Both the position numbers and the translations under genes were made by a program. 64,000 nucleotides of DNA from a virus. Shown here in pieces: positions 58,701-64,000 of this stretch. Each line of letters opens with the position of its first letter. Position 1 is the first letter of the stretch. The stretch is from positions 32,572 through 96,571 of the IMG/VR virus record IMGVR_UViG_3300021364_000009; one strand, given 5' to 3'. The notes beneath the pieces are model-generated. The model worked only from the letters and a program-made list of their open reading frames with translations. It had not been told where the DNA came from and did not search any database.

Positions 58701-60938
58701 TCAGACACTAGAAATAATAACGCTAACAACGTGTTTAATATTATTGGTGGACAAGACAATGGTGGACAGTCTGTTATCAATCCAATCTTTTTCTCTACAA
58801 ACCATACATATGGAAACTTGGCAGATATTTCTACAGGAAATATCAACACTAAAGCATATGGTGCTGAGAAAGCAGAGATCGTCAATCTTCCCACTACAGA
58901 CTTTGGGACAGTTCTTAGAGGTGTGAAACTTCCACCATTCTTTGGTATTGCGAGAGTCTACGGAGTTTATGAGTTGAACGATCTAATCAGCTCTGCGACA
59001 AACTTTAATGGTTCGTGCTTTGAGTCTGACAGAGAAACTTTCAAGTCTACTATTTCTGCTAAAAACCTTCTTAGAAAAGACGCTGACTCATATACACTCT
59101 ATATTCAGAAGGGTGGTGGAGACGCACTAACAGGGGAAGAAGACTGTCATACATATATTCTAACAGAACATGCTATCGACATTTCTTTAATCCCTACATA
59201 CACGCCATCAAACAAGTTCTCAGACTTTAACTATGTTGTTGAATGTGTTGTGTTTGGTTTTGGACGTGGTTTCATCAACAAGAATAATTTTGTGCTCTCT
59301 CGTAGATATGCGGGGGATGGTTCAGATATTTCTGCCGACCCTTCGCACCTCAATCAAGTCCCAATGGTTGTACCTTCTGCGGTAGATCAGTCAGAAATAG
59401 TTTATGTAAGTGGTAGAAGAACAGTCTACCAAGGAGACCCCTTCTATACGATTGGCGGTTCAAATATTGAAATATCAGACTCTCCGTATAGAGAAGGACA
59501 AGTATTGTCCTCCAACTCTTACTACTTAAGCGAGCGTAGAGATCAATTAGATAGTGCAGGTGCTTCTGCGATAGATATTCCTAACCGCAGAACGTATGAG
59601 GTGCTTGCGTCTCTTGATTTCTACACCACCTTCGGTTCTGGCTCCATAGGTGGGTCACTCTACAAGAACACTGTTGTAGATGTAGGGTACTCAAGCAAGA
59701 TTGGTCAAATACCTTCTTCTAATGCAGAGAGTATCCCTCAGAATAACTCAGGGCTATTTACTCAGTCTAACGTAGAACTTAGCAAATCTAAATGCTCGCT
59801 TATTTTAAAGCAGAGCTACTTGGGGTTGTACTCTAATTTAGGCGAGCAACAGAAAAAACTAGTTATTCAAATGACCGAGAGTGGGGTCGTCTACGAGTTT
59901 AGTTTCAGTGCAGGAACAGAGAACACTTTAAATGATTATGTAGATGAGATAGTCGATTATTTCAAAAATCTGAGTGTCTCTGTGGAGAAAGTACAAGTTG
60001 TACGAAATGAAACTACTCCTAGTGATGAGGTGATCGCACTTATTTTCACAAGTAACTTAAACGGAGAAGAAGGTAACGCTTCTACTCTTGAAGTTTACAT
60101 AGCAGATGTTGCTGGAAATCGACTACTAGAAGGTTGGTATGCGACTCGTCTTTATAGTGGAAGAAATATTTCTACTTTTGGAGATGTCTCCACTCCACAA
60201 AAAGTAAATTTTGCGGGAGGTGCTTCTCTCCCTGCAAATGGTGGTGTGGGAAACAACGATATTTCTTTAGTGGGTATGACTTCAAGACTCCCTCTTGGAG
60301 TTCTTGTTTCTGATCATGATTTCTTGTGTGAAGACCCACTTAGAGATGGCTCTAAGTCTCTTCAGACTTTAAGCTCTAAGCTCACTTCCTTACCTTCTAC
60401 TGTGGGTGTTTCTCCAACAGGTGCTCCTTATACAAAAATAGTTGGGGCGACAGGAGAGCTTCTTCAAGCTGGGGATGGTGATGTCGAGAATTGGATTGCG
60501 TTCAATGTTTCAGACAATCCTACAGGCACAAGGAAATACAGAATACACAGAGGGGGTGGGGCAGTATTCGGAGCTTCTGGAAATGTCCCTGGAGCACCTT
60601 TAAGTTGGCTCAACGATTCCTTTGGAGAAGATTCCCGACCTATTCTTAAAGGTGGTATTCTTTCTTGTCGTGCTATGCTTGTCCGTAACTTTAAAGAGAC
60701 TGCGTTTTCAGGTTCGCCAAAAGATCGCACTTACGGTGACGAAGTACAAATGCTCATTGTTACTCAAGGTGTTTTCAAAAACGGCAAGGATGTAAGAATT
60801 GCAGGAGAAATCTCACCTAGTGGCTTTGGTGAGGGTTACGCTTCTTCCGACAGATATAGGATCAGTGGAAGACCTTTGGTTAAGGGTAATAGTCCAGACA
60901 TAAGTCCTGTAAGCCCTGCTGAATACAATAAAGGCTGA
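55767..60938 (+). CDS. tail/baseplate structural protein, paralog of 34811..38026
   Basis: VVWQAGKPPLDSELNL, RTDVVFLEVW, ETTKRVQVQYR, VDGYVYSIP, DLLDLR. Confidence 0.7.
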   Translation: MAENYGNNVSNVLETLKYNFSNVVWQAGKPPLDSELNLVGQVNWENQAEHLRNTTHSGFLLDPLRAQEDFFFYEESSNYFEINRGLDNPLVALVNGWVVPVIGCNSSDGVKNVITLPPPPTTEARTDVVFLEVWRAVVSPNDSTNKPEENAIYPYGNVQYTHSSLADEMVDANVGFETTKRVQVQYRLRVTEGNNSIEEYLEGLGASDLYAQGASNLPVMGYTFSNMGEELGDVGLWRAGSGDAQSKTDLGSVDGYVYSIPVCAVFRRNSGGYTAVELNSLHPSHNGSVTRTPSGTKGLLQNITLLNTLGASDIGNIQVQNLIGSGFDDVLFFEGGDTLFAKIGEGLQEEIVKLDGISTANSTISIVSRGHGGTQAKPHQAGTSVKRFIERSDNLYADQVHQDDLLDLRHAVNIGSWDYTQLLNNAVSDLLTNNLRTTMKQAGTGSFSKGTVIEEVSVFSTDNTFTYCTVRDQANAVRTVWSDASAFQSDITCLIDLSNSNPLDAQGLDVNRKLTWTIGADFQPRGFFTTGRTNGTCLFFKIGGESGTGGLRYGINQNQSTVRFVSPREMEGRFNPFKIFFPDYNRPNAETEAGDQGLYTSPTKESDFEEPFIVLGGSFLPNTTSAVLGTQIFNSTFNGEKIWVIKTNTNYTNVKDNLVLNGSTTLSRLITDEGKYPSGFYSQAYLVAYGDDDQETNNGCFKIIGASDITPINSSLDAPMADVDLPFCLFLKRVGSSNADFANSTATLSLEMRTQRLDSRDNDSCIVFTSVEDVDTNHNFPDSADREVDMVLSTSVLWPPAHGAMSRTLDSISRVGIKNISQSFVRNAPAGLDQDTAFNFYPENEIYLPTENHISTWSRLSSEGMISGEGGSANYGGNIVNGEIDKEAEAFYDLGSKTLVLRPISYQSMKIYRHDLATVDATGSAYAGWSSNPNPPLLDNKVYLVPHEVMPRFGRQDIPYHVKTGATDLFMEGINHLFSDTRNNNANNVFNIIGGQDNGGQSVINPIFFSTNHTYGNLADISTGNINTKAYGAEKAEIVNLPTTDFGTVLRGVKLPPFFGIARVYGVYELNDLISSATNFNGSCFESDRETFKSTISAKNLLRKDADSYTLYIQKGGGDALTGEEDCHTYILTEHAIDISLIPTYTPSNKFSDFNYVVECVVFGFGRGFINKNNFVLSRRYAGDGSDISADPSHLNQVPMVVPSAVDQSEIVYVSGRRTVYQGDPFYTIGGSNIEISDSPYREGQVLSSNSYYLSERRDQLDSAGASAIDIPNRRTYEVLASLDFYTTFGSGSIGGSLYKNTVVDVGYSSKIGQIPSSNAESIPQNNSGLFTQSNVELSKSKCSLILKQSYLGLYSNLGEQQKKLVIQMTESGVVYEFSFSAGTENTLNDYVDEIVDYFKNLSVSVEKVQVVRNETTPSDEVIALIFTSNLNGEEGNASTLEVYIADVAGNRLLEGWYATRLYSGRNISTFGDVSTPQKVNFAGGASLPANGGVGNNDISLVGMTSRLPLGVLVSDHDFLCEDPLRDGSKSLQTLSSKLTSLPSTVGVSPTGAPYTKIVGATGELLQAGDGDVENWIAFNVSDNPTGTRKYRIHRGGGAVFGASGNVPGAPLSWLNDSFGEDSRPILKGGILSCRAMLVRNFKETAFSGSPKDRTYGDEVQMLIVTQGVFKNGKDVRIAGEISPSGFGEGYASSDRYRISGRPLVKGNSPDISPVSPAEYNKG

Positions 60939-60941
60939 TCT

Positions 60942-61244
60942 ATGACTTCAGAAGAAATAGAAGCTATCAAAAGTCTTTTCGATCTGCCTTTAGGTTCTTT
61001 TCCTAGAGGCGGGATAGCTTCTTCTCTGAAAGTAAAAGTGATTAGTATGCCTAATGCACTTACTTTAAGAAATAAATCAGGCAGTTCCTTTTCAATAACG
61101 AAAGAAAATCAGAACTACCTTGTTTGTATTGAAAGGTCAGGAGTGGTTGAGCGGTTTGAGACTTCAGATTTTGTAGAAGCCGTCAAACACCTCACTACTC
61201 CCATCCTTATAGAAGAAATAGTGTCTAAGTGTCAGAGTCTTTGA
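60942..61244 (+). CDS. hypothetical protein
   Basis: Starts 3 nt after the upstream stop; last gene of the plus-strand block. Confidence 0.6.
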   Translation: MTSEEIEAIKSLFDLPLGSFPRGGIASSLKVKVISMPNALTLRNKSGSSFSITKENQNYLVCIERSGVVERFETSDFVEAVKHLTTPILIEEIVSKCQSL

Positions 61245-61401
61245 TTGAAGGCATTTTCTTTATATCTTTGTAAGCAACCTTCCAAGCTCTTTGAATTAGC
61301 CAAGAGGCAGAGCGATCTAGTCGTTCTTTTTCATTTTTAAGCTGTTCTAGTATTTCTTTTGGAAGGTAGATGCTTACTTTGTTTTTCTTGTGGTCAGCCA
61401 T
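61225..61401 (-). CDS. ribbon-helix-helix protein resembling the myxobacterial MXAN_4361/4362 (TIGR04563) family
   Basis: MADHKKNKVSIYLPKEILEQLKNEKERLDRSASWLIQRAWKVAYKDIKKMPS; AAGGAG SD before ATG 61401. Confidence 0.75.
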   Translation of the reverse strand: MADHKKNKVSIYLPKEILEQLKNEKERLDRSASWLIQRAWKVAYKDIKKMPSIKDSDT

Positions 61402-61403
61402 TC

Positions 61404-61838
61404 TTATTTCTCCTTCATTGCTTTTTGTCTTTGTCGGTAAGCCCAACGATTATCTCTTTTCCTACAAATCTCTGAACAATGTCTTTCTTTGTTGGGGGCA
61501 ACAGGTAAATCACAATCTTTCCAAGCACATATCTTTATTAGGGCTTTCTCTTTTGCGATCTTTTCTTTTTGTCTTTGTCGGTAAGCCCATCGGTTATCTC
61601 TTTTCCTACAAACTTCAGAACAATGTCTTTCTTTGTTGGGGGCAACTCTGTTGATGCAGTCTTTCCAAGCACATATCTTTATTGGTGGCTTTCTTCCGGG
61701 GCATTTATAGTGGTAGCACTTCTCAGAAGTCATTCTGAATTCTACCGCAGAGCACATGAGGTATTTCCCACACCTCCACCTACGCTCTCCCTGACTGTCA
61801 GTATAATATCTAACAATACACTGATTATGGCTCGACAT
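61404..61838 (-). CDS. Cys-rich zinc-finger protein with a duplicated CGNR-like finger
   Basis: Two copies of KICAWKDC..VAPNKERHCSE.CRKRDNRWAYRQRQK. Confidence 0.75.
   Translation of the reverse strand: MSSHNQCIVRYYTDSQGERRWRCGKYLMCSAVEFRMTSEKCYHYKCPGRKPPIKICAWKDCINRVAPNKERHCSEVCRKRDNRWAYRQRQKEKIAKEKALIKICAWKDCDLPVAPNKERHCSEICRKRDNRWAYRQRQKAMKEK
61421..61681. repeat. intragenic direct repeat, ~117 bp x2, 144-bp period
   Basis: 61421..61537 is similar to 61565..61681. Confidence 0.9.
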
Positions 61839-62490
61839 TTTCCTCTTCTCTCTTTAACGGTTCGAGTCCCATACTCAAAACAGACAAATCTGAAGTATAG
61901 TCTTCTCCTGCGAAGAACTTTTTCATTATCATGATTTCGTCTTTTTCTTGGTCGTACTCTATTTCTCTTAATACAAGATAAGCTGAACCCTCTTCTACGG
62001 GGTTTGGTGACGAAGAGATAATGCAACTAGCTAAAGGCTTAAAGCCTTCTTCATCTTCTTCAGGGCATAAGAGAAAGTTAAAACAGTTTAGTTGCATCTC
62101 TTCGATGCTAGGATCGTATATTTCTCGAACATAATCGCCTACGGTTGGGTTCTCAGACTTAGGTCTCCAAGAAATAGGGGGGCTTATTTTCAACCCTTCA
62201 TTCGATAGGTAAGCTCTCATACCTGAATTGAAGTTAAACCCTCTTCCTTGGCTTTCGATGAAGCTCTTTTTATTAGGTGTTTCTTCGTTTTCAAAGTAAG
62301 AGTTGATCCCTTCTGCAAAAGTTGCAAAGGACAAGTCCACGACTTGCTCAAGAGGTAAAGGATTAACTTTCACAGGAGAGTCCTTAGCTTGTCCTTTATA
62401 TTTATAGGCTTCCCTCTTTTTTTTATTCTTTGCATTTTTTCGTAAGTGTCTCTTTTGAACATCACGCTTTTTTGTGCTTTTCTTTGTCAT
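61825..62490 (-). CDS. hypothetical protein with a very basic N-terminus
   Basis: ORF 61825..62547; likely start MTKKSTKK at 62490 after AAGGA. Confidence 0.65.
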   Translation of the reverse strand: MTKKSTKKRDVQKRHLRKNAKNKKKREAYKYKGQAKDSPVKVNPLPLEQVVDLSFATFAEGINSYFENEETPNKKSFIESQGRGFNFNSGMRAYLSNEGLKISPPISWRPKSENPTVGDYVREIYDPSIEEMQLNCFNFLLCPEEDEEGFKPLASCIISSSPNPVEEGSAYLVLREIEYDQEKDEIMIMKKFFAGEDYTSDLSVLSMGLEPLKREEENVEP

Positions 62491-63325
62491 TTTGGAACTG
62501 TCCTTTCTTTCCCTTACTAATACCGACCTTGCTGTATTTTTTAGCACAGGCTTGTTTTGTACGACCTAGAGTTTCTGCGATACTTAAGTATGTCGCACCT
62601 TTATTTCTTTGTTCGACAAGGTACTGTATATCTTCTTCGCTCCAAATATAGTTCACTTCGAGCATACAGCCTCTCATCTTTGTTCGTACTGACTCGATAC
62701 TTCGCCCGATTTCTTCAGACATTTGTCTTACTGTAAAGCCCTTTGAATGGAGTTCGTAGAGCTTGTCCGTCTGTTCTTGGCTCCAAGGGTTCTTCTCAAG
62801 AGTAAGCCCTAATCGTGTGGCTTTTTGCTTCACTGAAAGACGAGTGCGATTTAGCTTTTTAGCTATTTCTATAGAGGATTTAATTCCAGCATTGTTTTTT
62901 AAATACCGTATTTCTCTTTTAGTCCAAGCATTAGGTTTCTTTTTGTCCGTGATGTATCCACGAATATCTCGGACTTTTATGCCCATAGCTCTCAACTTAG
63001 AACTTAAACTCTTCTCAGACTTACCTATTTCTTCCGCTACGTCAGCTATCGTTCTTTTTAAGACTTGAGCTTTGACGTACTCTTCCCTCTCTTCTGTCCA
63101 AAAAGTATTTTTGGGTCTTTTCTTGAGAAGATTTCCATCTCTCTCTTTAGAGACGGATATGCCTAAGTCTCTGATCTTCGATCTGACAGAGCTTTCAGAT
63201 CGACCTAGCCTTTCAGCTAGGTCTTCTATTGTGAAGTATTTTACGCCATATCGAATTACGAGAGTGTCTTCATAAGTCCACTTCTTTTTGTGGTTCTCAG
63301 TCTTCGATTTCGTAGACATACTCAA
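62462..63325 (-). CDS. multi-HTH repeat DNA-binding protein (5 Myb/GcrA-like W(T/S)xE repeats)
   Basis: Five repeats of W(T/S)...IA..LGR(S/T)..SV..K. Confidence 0.8.
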   Translation of the reverse strand: MSMSTKSKTENHKKKWTYEDTLVIRYGVKYFTIEDLAERLGRSESSVRSKIRDLGISVSKERDGNLLKKRPKNTFWTEEREEYVKAQVLKRTIADVAEEIGKSEKSLSSKLRAMGIKVRDIRGYITDKKKPNAWTKREIRYLKNNAGIKSSIEIAKKLNRTRLSVKQKATRLGLTLEKNPWSQEQTDKLYELHSKGFTVRQMSEEIGRSIESVRTKMRGCMLEVNYIWSEEDIQYLVEQRNKGATYLSIAETLGRTKQACAKKYSKVGISKGKKGQFQNDKEKHKKA

Positions 63326-63536
63326 ACTTTGCTCCCTCGATTAAAAAGCCGTATTCTTCTGTAAGTGCTTCAAGGATAGCTTCTTGATCTATGTCTTCTT
63401 CAGAGGCTCCTTCTTGGAGTACCATCTCTACTGTTTTTGGAAGTTCTTCTTCAGAGTAATCTTGAAACTCAAGCTCCTCATCATCCAAGTCCGTGTCCCA
63501 AGTGATACTTATTTTTAGAATTGTTTTTAGTGCCAA
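63297..63536 (-). CDS. small highly acidic protein
   Basis: GGGAG SD before TTG; D/E-rich. Confidence 0.65.
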   Translation of the reverse strand: MALKTILKISITWDTDLDDEELEFQDYSEEELPKTVEMVLQEGASEEDIDQEAILEALTEEYGFLIEGAKFEYVYEIED

Positions 63537-64000
63537 TTTATTTCTCCCAAAAGTTGTCTCATTTTAAATAACCCTTGCTCTTTTTTCTTACACTCCAACA
63601 TAACGTCAAAGTTGTGCCCATAAGTGTTTATGGGTGTCCAATAAGAATCGGAATGAGCTTGTGGTTTTATTTTAGTGTCTTTCCCCTCTTCGGATCGACT
63701 TTGCGAGTAGTGTACTACAGGTAGTACATTATTCCAAGTAGACAATGCCATCTCTAGTGCTTCTTTTTCCGAAAGCCCACCATCACAAAACTTATGATGA
63801 TGGTAGTCGAAAACGATAGGGGCTGAAGTATTCTTATGGATAAGATCGTAAAGAAGAACGGTACTCCACATACTTTTCTTATCGTCGTTCTCAACTGTTA
63901 TCCTATTTCTACAAACAGGTGAGAGATTGAAGTAGTTTTCAACCCAACGCTGTGCAGTCCCCTCGAAGTCTCCTCCATATGAGCCTCCAACATGGATATT
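63527..64000 (-). CDS. uvsE: UV-damage endonuclease UvsE/UvdE, 5' part outside the window
   Basis: Frame is open to the window end: NIHVGG...RITVENDDK, then FDYHHH, HYSQS, AHSD, DVMLECKKKE. Confidence 0.92.
   Translation of the reverse strand, partial: NIHVGGSYGGDFEGTAQRWVENYFNLSPVCRNRITVENDDKKSMWSTVLLYDLIHKNTSAPIVFDYHHHKFCDGGLSEKEALEMALSTWNNVLPVVHYSQSRSEEGKDTKIKPQAHSDSYWTPINTYGHNFDVMLECKKKEQGLFKMRQLLGEINWH

Noticed and set aside
24252-60938. Bacterial extracellular contractile injection system or tailocin locus
   Set aside because: It is embedded among phage replication genes with no cellular housekeeping context; the size and organisation fit a large phage
61421-61681. Direct repeat as an att site or mobile-element end
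   Set aside because: It corresponds exactly to an in-frame duplicated Zn-finger domain
2266-63275. Numerous short ORFs antisense to or nested in long genes (e.g. 12455..12796, 22044..22541, 31239..31616, 61569..61934)
   Set aside because: They are shadow ORFs without SD or domain signal, overlapping well-supported genes
1-64000. Stop-codon reassignment, inteins, introns or tRNAs
   Set aside because: Genes tile fully under the standard code using TAA, TAG and TGA stops; the helicase motifs are contiguous; intergenic gaps are short and show no cloverleaf

Overview
This window looks like a fragment of a large, jumbo-type tailed bacteriophage genome. It is AT-rich and densely coding, uses the standard code with Shine-Dalgarno-led genes, and shows no tRNA, rRNA or CRISPR array that I could see. 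Minus-strand genes are replication or early functions: a SNF2 helicase, a degenerate helicase loader, a DnaB-like helicase, four tandem paralogous amino-methyltransferases, a GIY-YIG protein, a stand-alone primase Zn finger, a ClpP-like protease, a Nudix hydrolase, a divergent sigma-factor-like protein, small DNA-binding proteins (one resembling a myxobacterial RHH family) and a UvsE UV-endonuclease cut by the window end. Plus-strand genes are late or virion-type: a holin-like protein, two paralogous GNAT-like proteins, a type IB topoisomerase, a fibre-like protein, a thermonuclease, and a ~37 kb baseplate/tail block that includes a 4296-aa protein. The main signals are four. (1) A shared motif, roughly (A/T/G)TA-N5-T(T/C)TAT, lies in front of almost every plus-strand unit and is often embedded in a hairpin that occludes the downstream RBS; this is a candidate late-promoter plus translational-lock system, and a sigma-like gene is in the same window. 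(2) The four methyltransferase genes form a mosaic array with exchanged identical tracts, variable N-termini and conserved terminal peptides, inside the replication operon. (3) Late-expressed enzymes carry a shared RVAxxY-like peptide. (4) GCGC and CGCG appear to be avoided. All functional calls come from recognising motifs by eye; no database search was run.
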